A stretch of 64,000 bases of DNA from Candidatus Marinacidobacterales bacterium (GCA_965226495.1 OZ245365.1:4384001-4448000), one strand, 5' to 3'. Counted from the stretch's first letter, positions 1-10,460 are shown. The notes: generated from the sequence alone by a model not told the origin. Numbers and translations are program-made.

Positions 1-1299
1 CACACCGGGAACCTCGCTGGGGAAAACGAGCTCGTATCGGCCGCCCTAGCGCGCCTGGGCATCCTCCAGACAAGCACCACCGAGGAGTTTTTGGACGCCA
101 TCAAGGCCCTCAGCACGTCCTCCGCTCGCCTTCCAAAGAGCCGCCGGCTCGCGATAATGACGATATCAGGTGGCGCAAGCGTCGTGGCGAGCGACGCCTG
201 TGAATCTCATGCCCTAGAGCTCCCTGAGCCAACCGAGGAGACGCGGGAGAAACTGCGTCAACTCGTCCCCGCCTTTGGATCGACGCAGAACCCGGTCGAC
301 ATGACGGCACAGATCCCGGTCGCGAATTACGCGCCGGTAGTAGCAGCAACGATGAGCGACCCCAGGATCGACGGATGCATCGCGATGAACGTGAACCTCG
401 ATCTCCCCGAGTTCGGAGACGCCTTTGCTCAAGCAGCAGACGCGGGGGCACCGGTCATCGCTTTCGTTCTCAAAACGCCCACGATACTGGGCCGATTCCA
501 AGAGGCGGGCATTCCGAATTTCCCTACCCCAGAGCGCGCGGTGAGCGCCTATGCGTCACTCGTTCGCTTCGGGGAGATCCAGGCGCGCGCGACGGCCCGG
601 CGAGCCAAAACCGGACCCAGCATCCCCGATCCCCGCCTCGCGTCTATCCCCACCTCTGGCGGCACAATCGACGAAGTCATGACCAAGAAAGTGCTGGCGG
701 ACTGCGGCATCGAAGTCGTGCGCGAGGAAGCGGTCGCTATTTCAGGCGACACCGAGAGCGTCGCGGAGAGCCTCGGTTATCCCGTGGCGATCAAGATCCT
801 CGACCCCACCGTCGGCCACAAGACCGAGGCGGGCGGCGTCCTCTTGGGGATTGCCAACAAGAAACAGCTCGACGATGCGGTGCAGAATTTGAGGAAACGT
901 TTCGGAAAAGAAGCCCGGCTCGTCATTCAAAAGATGGCATCGCCCGGGATGGAGTGGATTTTGGGAATCAAACGCGCCGCCGGATACCCTCCGGCTGTCG
1001 TTTGTGGGGCGGGAGGAGTCTTGTCCGAGCTCCTCCGTGACGTCTCGGTTCGTCTTTGCCCTTTGGACGAGTATGACGCGAGAGAGATGATTGCCGACAC
1101 GCGAGCCGGGAGGCTGCTCGACGGATGGCGCGGTAGCAGTCCTTTGGATCGCGACGCGTTGGTCACCACGCTGCTGCGGCTTTCGGAGCTCGCACTGAAC
1201 AATCCGACCCTTCAAGAACTCGATGTCAATCCTTTCATTGTTTCTAAGACCGGCGGCGTGGTAGTTGATGCGCTGGCGGTGGTGCAGGACGCGAGGTAA
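1..1299 (+). CDS. Acetate/acyl-CoA ligase (ADP-forming) family protein, 5'-partial
   Basis: Frame is open from base 1 (HTGNLAG, the phospho-His region). It contains ISGG, NPVDMT and a C-terminal ATP-grasp (GYPVAIK, HKTEAGGV, ELDVNP). Confidence 0.88.
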   Translation, partial: HTGNLAGENELVSAALARLGILQTSTTEEFLDAIKALSTSSARLPKSRRLAIMTISGGASVVASDACESHALELPEPTEETREKLRQLVPAFGSTQNPVDMTAQIPVANYAPVVAATMSDPRIDGCIAMNVNLDLPEFGDAFAQAADAGAPVIAFVLKTPTILGRFQEAGIPNFPTPERAVSAYASLVRFGEIQARATARRAKTGPSIPDPRLASIPTSGGTIDEVMTKKVLADCGIEVVREEAVAISGDTESVAESLGYPVAIKILDPTVGHKTEAGGVLLGIANKKQLDDAVQNLRKRFGKEARLVIQKMASPGMEWILGIKRAAGYPPAVVCGAGGVLSELLRDVSVRLCPLDEYDAREMIADTRAGRLLDGWRGSSPLDRDALVTTLLRLSELALNNPTLQELDVNPFIVSKTGGVVVDALAVVQDAR

Positions 1300-1304
1300 T
1301 AACT

Positions 1305-3245
1305 ATGTCTGTGATGAGCTGGGACGAATTTTCACTCGACGAACCCATATCTTTGGGCCGGCAGCCGAAAGATCTCCCGAGGCTGAAACGACCCGACCTA
1401 GTGCTCGATCAAATTACGGGTTACAAGATCTATCGCAACATCTTTTCGATCTGTGAGCAGATGGACGCCACCGTCAAGGCCTGCGCCTATTCTCCGATCG
1501 TGGCGATCGGCAAGGATTACTCTTGTGCGGTCTTCACTCCGGATGCGCGCCTGATCGCTCAAGCGGCCAACAATGCCGTTCACTTGGCCTCGATGCATTT
1601 TGCGGTAGAGGCGAGCGTGCGAGAGGTCGGGGTCGAGACCCTGAGCCCTGGGGATGTGATCGCGGTCAACGATCCCTATCGCGGCGGGAGTCACTTGCCC
1701 GATCTCACGGTTACCCGTCCGGTGTTTTATAAAGACAAATTGGTCATGTTCGCCGCCAGTCGAACCCATCACGGCGATACCGGCGGGGCCACGCCTGGCA
1801 GTTTTCCGATCAGCGATTCCAACTTTGCGGAAGGGCTTCGCATCCCCCCCGTCAAGTGGTACGACGCCGGGAAACTGAACGCGGACCTGAGTAAGCTCAT
1901 CCTGAATAACGTGAGAGTGCCGACAGAGTACTGGGGTGACTTCGAAGCGCAGGTTGCCGCTGCCAAGGTCGCGGAACGCAGAATTCTCGCCCTGATCAAT
2001 CGACACGGAGTCGATGCCGTGATCGCTTCGGTCCTGGACTACATGGATTACACGGAGCGAGGCTTGCGAGCCGAGTTGTCCCAAATCCCCGACGGTAGCT
2101 ATACCGCGGAAGATTTCATCGATGGAGATGGCATCAACACCACCAAGTACCGGATTCAAGTGAAAGTAACGATCGACGGAGATAACGCGTACTGTGATTT
2201 CACCGGCACCGATCCCCAGGCGGAGGGGCCGATCAATGCGGTTTTCGGCGTCACGGCGTCCTCCGTCGTCAACGCTTTTTTGCACGTCACCGATCCCGAG
2301 TTGATGCCCAACCACGGGTTCTACCGGCCTCTTCACATCAAGGCACCACAAGGAACCATCGTGAATCCTAGGTTCCCGGCTCCCGTGGTCATGGGCAACA
2401 TCGACACCGCGATGCGTATCGTCGAGGTCATTTGGCAGGCCCTGGTTCCGATCATTCCGGAGCGCATCGTGGGGTGCCCGACCGGCGTCGGCAACAACAT
2501 GCATGGCGGAGGTTTCGATCCTCGTAGCAAGAAAGCCGAGCCCTATGTTTGGAACTTCTGGCCGCAGGGCGGATACGGAGGGCGCGCCACCAAAGATGGA
2601 TGGCATGCCACGATTGGTGAAGTCGGCAACGACTTGGATTTCCCGGCGGAGGTTTGGGAGTTCCGATATCCGTGGCTCATCGAGAAATACTCGCTTTCCA
2701 ACGGTTCCTGTGGCCATGGGAAGTATCGCGGCGGCTGTGGAACGACGTGGCGATTGAAGGCCATCGGACACAATTCCGTCGTCGGGGTCACCGGCGATCG
2801 AGCTCGCACACCCGCTTGGGGAGTTTTCGGCGGATGGCCGGGCAACACCCTCAAGTTTCTCGTGCACCGCAAAGACGGCACTATCGAGGAACCGGCACCC
2901 GAAACGGTAAAGGTCTCCGGCATCAAGATTAGTGACGGGGATTCCGTCGAATCAATCGTTCATGGTGCGGGGGGATACGGTCCGCCCTTCGAGCGAGATC
3001 CTGAGGCCGTGCGGCGCGACGTGCAGGATGAGCTCTTCGAGTTCGAAATCGCGGCCACGGTCTACGGCGTCGTTCTCGATCCGGAAAGCTTGAAGATCGA
3101 CATGGACGCGACCAAGGCGCTGCGCGATCGCATCAGGTCGTCCTACTCGGCGAAGTACGAACAACATCCCGTGATCGTCCGCGAGCCTACCTACGGCGAC
3201 GCGACGAAGCTCGCCGGGGAGAAAAGACGGGAAGGCCAACAGTGA
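1305..3245 (+). CDS. Hydantoinase B / 5-oxoprolinase family subunit
   Basis: NDPYRGGSHLPD, HHGDTGG, EGLRIPPVK, GxGKYRGG and GGYGPPFERDP motifs. Confidence 0.93.
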   Translation: MSVMSWDEFSLDEPISLGRQPKDLPRLKRPDLVLDQITGYKIYRNIFSICEQMDATVKACAYSPIVAIGKDYSCAVFTPDARLIAQAANNAVHLASMHFAVEASVREVGVETLSPGDVIAVNDPYRGGSHLPDLTVTRPVFYKDKLVMFAASRTHHGDTGGATPGSFPISDSNFAEGLRIPPVKWYDAGKLNADLSKLILNNVRVPTEYWGDFEAQVAAAKVAERRILALINRHGVDAVIASVLDYMDYTERGLRAELSQIPDGSYTAEDFIDGDGINTTKYRIQVKVTIDGDNAYCDFTGTDPQAEGPINAVFGVTASSVVNAFLHVTDPELMPNHGFYRPLHIKAPQGTIVNPRFPAPVVMGNIDTAMRIVEVIWQALVPIIPERIVGCPTGVGNNMHGGGFDPRSKKAEPYVWNFWPQGGYGGRATKDGWHATIGEVGNDLDFPAEVWEFRYPWLIEKYSLSNGSCGHGKYRGGCGTTWRLKAIGHNSVVGVTGDRARTPAWGVFGGWPGNTLKFLVHRKDGTIEEPAPETVKVSGIKISDGDSVESIVHGAGGYGPPFERDPEAVRRDVQDELFEFEIAATVYGVVLDPESLKIDMDATKALRDRIRSSYSAKYEQHPVIVREPTYGDATKLAGEKRREGQQ

Positions 3246-5317
3246 AGCAATTAGGGGTCGACGTCGGCGGAACTTTCACAGATGCCGTTTTGTGGGATAG
3301 CAAGACCGGGGAGATCCGCACCTCGAAAGCTGCCACTACACCTCATGACGTCAGCGAAGGCGTGGTGACCGCTATCGACGAGCTCACCACCGCCTACGAC
3401 GAAATAGACGTCATCGTCCACGGGACGACAGTGGGCATCAACACCATGCTTCAGAAGAAGTTACCCAAGGTGGGGATGCTCGTCACCAAAGGCTTCCGGG
3501 ATCTCTTGGACATCCAGAGAATCTACAAGCATTGGGGGAAAACGTACTGGTCCTCTCCTTATGACCTGCAGAGCGACAAGCCAGATCCGATCGTCCGGCG
3601 CTATTTGAGAGGTGAAGTCGATGAACGGGTCACGTACCCCGGCACGGTGATCAAAGAGATTGACGAAGACAACGTACGCGAGGCGTCAAGCGCTCTATTG
3701 AAAGAAGAAGGCCTCACCGGTATCGCGGTGGTCTATCTCTGGTCGTTCCTGCACCCGGATCACGAGCTCAAGACGAGGAAGGTGCTACGCGACGCAGGGT
3801 ACGAGGGCAACATCGCGCTTTCTCACGAGGTCGCACCGATTTTCCACGAGTTCGAGCGCATGGTCACGACGGTCATCAATGCCAGTCTCATGGAAGTGAT
3901 TGGGCGTTACCTGGTAAACCTGGAGAAACAGCTGAAGGATCGAAAATTCAGCGGGCGGTTGGCGATCATGCAGTCCAGCGGTGGGCTCATGGACGTCGAG
4001 ATGACTAAGAAGCGACCCATATACACGCTGATATCGGGGCCCGCCGGCGGCGTCATCGCGGGCCAAGCCATCGCCGACTTGTGTCGGAGCGGTGACGTGA
4101 TCACTGCGGACGTGGGAGGCACCACCTTCGACGTGTCGGTGATCCAAAATGGCAAGGTCGAGACGGTCCTCGAGAAAAACTTTCTCGAGTATCCGATACG
4201 GATTCCTTTCGTGAATATCCACTCCATCGGGGCGGGCGGAGGCAGCATCGTCTGGATCGACAAGGGGAAGGCGCTCCGAGTCGGCCCGGAAAGCGCCGGG
4301 GCGGACCCGGGACCCGCTTGTTACGGGAAGAGCGAGCTACCCACCATCACCGACTGCAATCTCATTCTGGGTCGTTTGGATAGCGAGACCTTCTTCGGTG
4401 GACGCCAAAAACTGGACATTGACCAGGCCCGACGTGCCATGGAACCCCTGGCCAAGCAGCTGGGGCTGAGCGTCGAGGATGCTGCGGAGTTCGCGATTCA
4501 GGTGGTCAACACCAACATGGCGGCAGCCATCTCCATGATGACCGTCGAGCGAGGCGTCGATCCTGAAGAATTCTCGATCATTGCTTTTGGAGGCGGTGGA
4601 GGGTTGCACCTCGTCGACATCGGCCTGGAGATGGGCGCGCGTTCCGTCATCATGCCCGAGCTCGCCCCCAACATGTCCGCTCTCGGGTTGGCGGTCACGA
4701 GCTACCGCCATGTCGCCTCGTTCACCAAACTCCAAACCATTCAATCCGTTCCGGTCGAGGAGATCGAAGCTGCGTTCCGTCAGTTGGAAGAAGAGGCCAC
4801 TCGAGTCCTGCAAGACTATGGCGTGAAACCGGAGCACATCGAGCTCCATCGTATCGCCGACATGCGTTATCACAAAGAGGAATGGAACACGCAGGTCGAT
4901 GTGCCTCGGCCCATCCCGTCCATTGAGGCTCTGGCGAACTTGTTCAACTCCATCAAGTCCGACGTGTATGCGACCGAAAGAACCATCGAAGAGCCGATCG
5001 ACGCGGTCAACTATCACGTCGTGGGTACCGGTCACCCGGCCGAACGAGAGTTCGACTGGACGGCACTCGGCAGGGACGGTTCCAAATCTAAGAGTCAGCG
5101 ACCGCTCAAGACCACCAAAATGTTTATGAGCGCGAAGTGGGAAGAATCGTCAGTGTATGATCGTGGCAGCCTCGCAACGGGCCAGAAGATCGCCGGCCCC
5201 GCACTCATCGAAGGCGACGCCCAGACCGTTTTCCTCCCCAAGAACTATTCAGCGGAGGTAGACTCTTGGGGCAATTTGGTCATTGATTTAAGAGCAATCA
5301 CAGGAGATAAGGCATGA
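3242..5317 (+). CDS. Hydantoinase A / 5-oxoprolinase family ATP-binding subunit
   Basis: GVDVGGTFTD, HGTTVGIN, SGPAGG, DVGGTTFDV, IGAGGGS and GPESAGADPGPACYG; overlaps the upstream gene by 4 nt. Confidence 0.94.
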   Translation: MKQLGVDVGGTFTDAVLWDSKTGEIRTSKAATTPHDVSEGVVTAIDELTTAYDEIDVIVHGTTVGINTMLQKKLPKVGMLVTKGFRDLLDIQRIYKHWGKTYWSSPYDLQSDKPDPIVRRYLRGEVDERVTYPGTVIKEIDEDNVREASSALLKEEGLTGIAVVYLWSFLHPDHELKTRKVLRDAGYEGNIALSHEVAPIFHEFERMVTTVINASLMEVIGRYLVNLEKQLKDRKFSGRLAIMQSSGGLMDVEMTKKRPIYTLISGPAGGVIAGQAIADLCRSGDVITADVGGTTFDVSVIQNGKVETVLEKNFLEYPIRIPFVNIHSIGAGGGSIVWIDKGKALRVGPESAGADPGPACYGKSELPTITDCNLILGRLDSETFFGGRQKLDIDQARRAMEPLAKQLGLSVEDAAEFAIQVVNTNMAAAISMMTVERGVDPEEFSIIAFGGGGGLHLVDIGLEMGARSVIMPELAPNMSALGLAVTSYRHVASFTKLQTIQSVPVEEIEAAFRQLEEEATRVLQDYGVKPEHIELHRIADMRYHKEEWNTQVDVPRPIPSIEALANLFNSIKSDVYATERTIEEPIDAVNYHVVGTGHPAEREFDWTALGRDGSKSKSQRPLKTTKMFMSAKWEESSVYDRGSLATGQKIAGPALIEGDAQTVFLPKNYSAEVDSWGNLVIDLRAITGDKA

Positions 5318-5652
5318 TCCGAGTCATGTTCTGCGGCGGAACGCTACCGCCGTTTTTCGAAGCCCCTGCGGAAGAACGGAAACAAGTGTTCGAGATGTGT
5401 AAGCAAGTCTTCGGTGGATGGAAGGACCGTTACGGGATCGAGGTGCTCGCCACGTTGGATGACGACCAAATCCAAATTGGCCCGACGACCGGTCACCCGT
5501 GGACCTTCTATATCCTCTGTGACGTGCCCGAGTACGAGGCCGTGCCCAAGGTCGTGGATCAGTTACGTCACGGTGACCCTCCGCTTTTCAAGTACATCAA
5601 GCTCGAAGCAAGAATGGGTCGGCCGCTCGAGGTCATAGGATTGAACAAATGA
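5314..5652 (+). CDS. IacB-like small protein
   Basis: Pattern RVMFC...FFEAP.EE.KQV...LDDDQ.Q.GP...PWT.Y.L.DV..YEAV...L.KY.K.EAR.GR matches my recollection of IacB from indole-3-acetate (iac) clusters. ATGA overlap and a GGAG RBS. Confidence 0.72.
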   Translation: MIRVMFCGGTLPPFFEAPAEERKQVFEMCKQVFGGWKDRYGIEVLATLDDDQIQIGPTTGHPWTFYILCDVPEYEAVPKVVDQLRHGDPPLFKYIKLEARMGRPLEVIGLNK

Positions 5653-5656
5653 TGAA

Positions 5657-6931
5657 ATGGGAGACAAGGTGATGCGACGAGCTAGTTCCGTTTGTTTGGC
5701 GGCCGTGCTGGCGTTGCTGCCCGTGGAGTCCGTTGGGGCCGCCAGTGGAGATCTGTTCATCTATGGAGGGACTCTCATCGATGGCACGGGGTCGGCTCCA
5801 CTTCCGAATCCCGGCATCCTCGTTCGGAACGGACGGTTCGAGGCGGTGGGAGACGTCGGGTCCATTCCGAGCGATGCGAAGCGCATCTCGGCAGAAGGAA
5901 AATGGATCCTTCCAGCGATGTTCGAGATGCATGGGCACATCACGTTTTACCTAGCCGACCCGCGGGAGCAAGAAGACGACGTCACAAACGCGTTCCGGAC
6001 CGAGCGCTTCCTCGAGCGTTACCAAGAACTTGGAGTGACCACCGTTCGTGATCCGGCCTCGCGGAATCACGTGGGTTACTCGGTGAAGCGTGCGCAACGG
6101 CAAGGTCTGATTGGGGGCGCTCGCTACTACGTCGCGGGACCTATTATAACCACGACCGGCGGTCACCCGACCGAGATCCAACCCCTCATGCCCTCGATGT
6201 GGGCGGTGGAGGCGGATGGCCCATGGGAGTTCCGCAAACGGGTGCGCGAGGCGGTCAAGCTCGGAGCCGATTTCATCAAGCTCACTCCGCCATTCAACGC
6301 CGACGAGCTTGGCGCCGCGGTTTCGGAGGCTCACTATTGGAAGCGGCGGATCACAGTTCAGGTGGGGGGTGCGCAGGATCTTCAGAGAAACTCGGGCCGG
6401 ATCGCGGTCGAAGCCGGCGTGGACAGCCTCGAGCACCTCTACCCCTATGGCGGAAGTGAAGTCATCCAACAAATTGCCCGCAAAGGCATCTACGTCATCC
6501 CCACGCTCGGTTACCACCTGAGAGAATTCGAGGGACGATACACGCACAAGCCGGACTGGCTGGAAGAACACTTGGGCCACACCCGTGACAATATGATGGA
6601 GGAGTTCCGGCAGATGGTGGAGCTTGGCGTCAAGTTCGGGGTCGGAGTTGACTCCAACGCTCAAGACCTCCCGGTTATTGACCAGCTGTATTTGCAGGAG
6701 CTCGAGGCGCTCGCGACGGCCGGGTTGTCACCGATGCGTGTGATTCAATCGGCCACTTTGCACTCGGCCGAAGCGATGGGGCTTGGAAAGGAAACGGGGA
6801 GCATCGCGGTCGGAAAATGGGGAGACCTGATCGTGCTGGACGCGGATCCACTCGAGGAGCTGAGGGTCATTGTGAGCCCGGAAGTGGTCGTTCAGGCAGG
6901 AGAAGTCGTTCACCGCCGGCAGGCTCATTAA
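5657..6931 (+). CDS. Secreted metal-dependent amidohydrolase (Xaa-Pro dipeptidase-like)
   Basis: Signal peptide; GGTLIDGTG, EMHGH, GVTTVRD, GADFIK, SLEH, GVD and GSIAVGKWGDL. Confidence 0.85.
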   Translation: MGDKVMRRASSVCLAAVLALLPVESVGAASGDLFIYGGTLIDGTGSAPLPNPGILVRNGRFEAVGDVGSIPSDAKRISAEGKWILPAMFEMHGHITFYLADPREQEDDVTNAFRTERFLERYQELGVTTVRDPASRNHVGYSVKRAQRQGLIGGARYYVAGPIITTTGGHPTEIQPLMPSMWAVEADGPWEFRKRVREAVKLGADFIKLTPPFNADELGAAVSEAHYWKRRITVQVGGAQDLQRNSGRIAVEAGVDSLEHLYPYGGSEVIQQIARKGIYVIPTLGYHLREFEGRYTHKPDWLEEHLGHTRDNMMEEFRQMVELGVKFGVGVDSNAQDLPVIDQLYLQELEALATAGLSPMRVIQSATLHSAEAMGLGKETGSIAVGKWGDLIVLDADPLEELRVIVSPEVVVQAGEVVHRRQAH

Positions 6932-6950
6932 GAAACTGTGGAGTAAACAA

Positions 6951-7679
6951 GTGACAGACACGGAGCTGAAAGGAAGGGTCGCCCTCATCACCGGCGCCGG
7001 GAGGGGCCTGGGACTCGGAGTCGCGGAAGAGCTCGCGCGAAAGGGCATGCACATTGCCGGCATGGATGTCCGAGAAGACGAATTGCGCGCCGCGCTCGAG
7101 AAGGTGGGAGAAGAGACCGGGGTCAAGACCCTAGCAATGCGAGCCGATCTAAGACAGGAAGCGGATATCGTCGCCGCGGTCAAGCAGACCGTGGAAACCC
7201 TCGGTCAGATCCACGTCCTGGTGAACAACGCCGGGATACGCGAGGTGGCTCCGATTTGGGAAGTGGACACGGAAATGTGGGACCGCATCCAGTCGATCAA
7301 CCTGAGGGGTGAGTTCCTGTGTACGCGCGAGGTGCTGCGCCAATCCATGCTCGAGAAAGACGAAGGCACGATCGTGTTCTTGTCCTCGGTGGCCGGCAAG
7401 AGGGGCGCCAAGAACAGTTCCGCTTACGCGGCATCGAAATGGGGGGTACTGGGCCTCGCCGCGTCGGCTGCCCTCGACCTAAAGGACAGCCGGATACGCG
7501 TCACAGCCATCACGCCGGGAAGAACGGAAACGCCGATGGCTCGCGAGTCGGAGGTGTGGGATCCCGATATCGGATGGCTCGACTCCGTAGCCGTCTCTAA
7601 GGCCATCGTCTTTTGTATCCAACAAGACTCGGACACCATCATCCCCGAGTTCCACGTGCGCCACCGCGCCGAAATCTAG
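6951..7679 (+). CDS. Short-chain dehydrogenase/reductase
   Basis: TGAGRGLG, NNAG and the YAASK catalytic motif. Confidence 0.93.
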   Translation: MTDTELKGRVALITGAGRGLGLGVAEELARKGMHIAGMDVREDELRAALEKVGEETGVKTLAMRADLRQEADIVAAVKQTVETLGQIHVLVNNAGIREVAPIWEVDTEMWDRIQSINLRGEFLCTREVLRQSMLEKDEGTIVFLSSVAGKRGAKNSSAYAASKWGVLGLAASAALDLKDSRIRVTAITPGRTETPMARESEVWDPDIGWLDSVAVSKAIVFCIQQDSDTIIPEFHVRHRAEI

Positions 7680-7793
7680 CCATAAACGACCCCCGGCACA
7701 CGCCTTAGAGCGCATCCCACTCGTTGAAAGGACGGGGGGAATCTGCGATGATACGTCGGCAATTCGAGCGTTATTGAAGGAGGATCGAGCCGA

Positions 7794-7928
7794 GTGGAGA
7801 CGACCCTGAGTGTGTTTTTGAACGGTATTAGCGGCGTTTTCGCCGGCATGGCGGTGCTCTACCTGACGATGAAGGCCCTCGCACTAGTGGCCGCAAGCCC
7901 TGCCGAGAAGCCTGGAAAGAAGGACTAG
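7794..7928 (+). CDS. gcdD: OadG/GcdD-like small membrane subunit of the Na+-decarboxylase (44 aa; not in the ORF track)
   Basis: GTG start after an AGGAGG RBS. METTLSVFLNGISGVFAGMAVLYLTMKALALVAASPAEKPGKKD has one TM helix with a G..GVF pattern and stops 2 nt before the beta subunit. Confidence 0.8.
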   Translation: METTLSVFLNGISGVFAGMAVLYLTMKALALVAASPAEKPGKKD

Positions 7929-7930
7929 CC

Positions 7931-9034
7931 GTGGCCTTCCTGGATCACATCGGAATCTTCTCAGTGACACCCGGCATGATCGTGATGTGGATCATCGCTC
8001 TGACACTCATCTATCTGGCCGTCGTCAAGCAGTTCGAGCCTCTGCTACTACTCCCCATCGGTTTTGGTGCCCTGGTCACGAACCTCCCCATGACCCACCT
8101 GATGGAGCCCGGTGAGGGGCTGCTTTGGCGTTTTTATCACTACGGCCTGGAATGGGAGATCATCCCTCCGCTGATCTTTCTAGGGCTCGGAGCGCTCACG
8201 GACTTCGGTCCCCTACTTTCACAGCCTCGCCTAATCTTCTTGGGCGCAGCGGCACAGGCCGGTGTGTACGTGACGTTCTTCGTTGCCCGAAACTTCGGCT
8301 TCACCTTGGAAGAAGCAGCGACCATTGGAATCATCGGCGGGGCGGATGGTCCGACGACGATTTTTCTCGCCGCCAAGCTCGCGCCCCACCTCTTGGGCGC
8401 CTGCGCGGTAGCGGCATACTCGTATATGGCCCTGGTGCCGATCATACAACCACCCATCATGCGCCTCTTCACGACCGACGCGGAGCGCAAGATCATAATG
8501 AAGAAGGGCAGAAAGGTCACCGCCCGAGAGAAACTACTCTTCCCCATCTTAACGGCGATCGTGGTCATTCTTCTAGTACCCCGTTCGGCACCGCTCATCG
8601 CGATGTTCATGCTCGGCAACCTCTTTCGTGAGTCCAAGGTCGTCGATCGACTGACCGACACCGCTCAGAATTCTCTGATGAACATGGTCACCATTTTCCT
8701 CGGGATAAGCGTCGGCGCCACGATGGATGCCGCGAATTTTCTGAAAAAAGACGTGCTTTTCATTTTCTTCCTCGGTTTGTTTGCGTTTATGATTGGGACA
8801 GCAACCGGCGTACTATTAGCGAAGTTGATGAATCTCTTCACCAAGAACAAGATCAATCCCCTGGTCGGTGCGGCGGGAGTTTCGGCGGTTCCCATGGCGG
8901 CGCGGGTCGTCCACAAAGTCGGAGCCGAAGCAGATAAGAAGAATTACCTACTGATGTTCGCCATGGGGCCCAACCTTGCAGGGGTTATTGGCACCGTTAT
9001 CGCGGCGGGCATATTCTTGGCGATGCTGCAGTAA
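7931..9034 (+). CDS. gcdB: Na+-transporting decarboxylase beta subunit
   Basis: FEPLLLLPIGFG, GALTDFGPL, IGIIGGADGPT, AYSYMALVPIIQPP, GVSAVPMAARV and MGPN. Confidence 0.95.
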   Translation: MAFLDHIGIFSVTPGMIVMWIIALTLIYLAVVKQFEPLLLLPIGFGALVTNLPMTHLMEPGEGLLWRFYHYGLEWEIIPPLIFLGLGALTDFGPLLSQPRLIFLGAAAQAGVYVTFFVARNFGFTLEEAATIGIIGGADGPTTIFLAAKLAPHLLGACAVAAYSYMALVPIIQPPIMRLFTTDAERKIIMKKGRKVTAREKLLFPILTAIVVILLVPRSAPLIAMFMLGNLFRESKVVDRLTDTAQNSLMNMVTIFLGISVGATMDAANFLKKDVLFIFFLGLFAFMIGTATGVLLAKLMNLFTKNKINPLVGAAGVSAVPMAARVVHKVGAEADKKNYLLMFAMGPNLAGVIGTVIAAGIFLAMLQ

Positions 9035-9052
9035 TCACAGAGGAAGCTAAAA

Positions 9053-9268
9053 ATGGCAGAAGAAGTGCGAGCCCCACTAGCGGGCAAAGTCCTATCGTTG
9101 GCGGTTGAAGTCGGTTCGAAGGTGGAAGAAGACGATGAAGTCCTCGTTATCGAGGCCTTGAAGATGGAAACGATCGTCTACGCACCCAGTGACGGGACGG
9201 TGAAGGAGATCAAAGTCAAAGCGGGTGACCAAGTCGAGGAGGACGACCTTCTAGTCTCCATGGAATAG
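9053..9268 (+). CDS. gcdC: Biotin carboxyl carrier subunit (stand-alone biotinyl domain)
   Basis: APLAGKV...IEALKME...APSDGTV biotinyl domain, 71 aa. Confidence 0.9.
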   Translation: MAEEVRAPLAGKVLSLAVEVGSKVEEDDEVLVIEALKMETIVYAPSDGTVKEIKVKAGDQVEEDDLLVSME

Positions 9269-9302
9269 GCATCGGCTTGAAGCGGAGAACAGCGAGGAGA
9301 AA

Positions 9303-10460
9303 ATGATTTTCGAGCTTAACGAAGAACAAAAACTGGTCCAGGATACGGCCAAACAGTTCGCGCAGGAGGATATCGCGCCCACGGTCGTCGAAGAGGAAAA
9401 GAACCACGAATTTCGACTCGAGCGCGTCAAGAAGATGGGTGAGCTGGGTTTCTTCTCTTGCGCCGTCCCGGAAGAGCTGGGTGGCAGCGGTATGGGGTTC
9501 CTAGAATCGGTACTCATGGCGGAACAGGTGGCCAGAGTCTCGGCTTCCTGGCGCCTACCGTTCAACATGCAGAACCTGGGCCCTGCGGTGACCGTCTCTA
9601 AGTTCGGCACCGAGGAGCAGAAGAGGAAGTACGTCCCGGGATGGGTGGCGGGGACCCAGATCGGCTTCTTCGCCATGACCGAGCCGGATTACGGATCCGA
9701 TGTCGGAGGCATGAAAACGGTAGCCAAAGACAAGGGCGATCACTATGAGCTACACGGCACCAAGATCTGGGCTTCCAACGCGGTGCAGGGGGATGCAGGA
9801 CTGCTTTATGTCTCGACCGACCCGGAGAAGAAGCACAAGGGGATAAGTTGCTTCATCCTCGAACCCAAGAAACTCGAGAACCTGGCGACCCAGAACATCG
9901 AGACCAAGCTCGGCCTCCACTGTGCGCCCACGGGAGAGATCGCGTTCAACGGAACGAAGATCCCGAAGGAACAGATGCTCGGCAAGCCGGGAGAAGGCTT
10001 CAAGGTCTGTATGTGGCAGTTGAACAATACGCGTCTCGGATGCGCCGCCGGTGCGCTGGGCGTCGCCGGCGCGGCCCTGGAGCTATCGATCAACTACGCA
10101 AACCAGCGGGAGGCGTTCGGAAAACCCATCTCCCAACATCAAATGGTCCAAGCTCAAATCGCCGAAATGGTAGTGGAGCACGAGGCCGCACAGCTTCTCG
10201 TTTACAAGGCCGCGTGGTTGAAGGACAACGGGAAACCAAACCAGTACGAGACGTCCATCGCAAAACTGGCCTCCTCGGAGGCCGCGGTTCATGCCGCCAA
10301 CGAGTGCATGAAGATCTACGGCTCCTATGGCTTCTCCACCGAGTATCCGGCCGAGCGACTGTATCGGGACGCCAAATCTTTGCAGATCGTAGAAGGTACT
10401 TCCAACATCCAGAAGATAATCATCTCCGGTATCGCCACCGGCCAGAATCCCAATCGTTAG
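9303..10460 (+). CDS. Acyl-CoA dehydrogenase, probable non-decarboxylating glutaryl-CoA dehydrogenase
   Basis: TEPDYGSD, R.AFGKPI, YGSYGFSTEYP. It has VEG rather than YEG at the catalytic Glu and a C-terminal NR, as I recall for the Desulfococcus enzyme. It sits between gcd genes. Confidence 0.8.
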   Translation: MIFELNEEQKLVQDTAKQFAQEDIAPTVVEEEKNHEFRLERVKKMGELGFFSCAVPEELGGSGMGFLESVLMAEQVARVSASWRLPFNMQNLGPAVTVSKFGTEEQKRKYVPGWVAGTQIGFFAMTEPDYGSDVGGMKTVAKDKGDHYELHGTKIWASNAVQGDAGLLYVSTDPEKKHKGISCFILEPKKLENLATQNIETKLGLHCAPTGEIAFNGTKIPKEQMLGKPGEGFKVCMWQLNNTRLGCAAGALGVAGAALELSINYANQREAFGKPISQHQMVQAQIAEMVVEHEAAQLLVYKAAWLKDNGKPNQYETSIAKLASSEAAVHAANECMKIYGSYGFSTEYPAERLYRDAKSLQIVEGTSNIQKIIISGIATGQNPNR

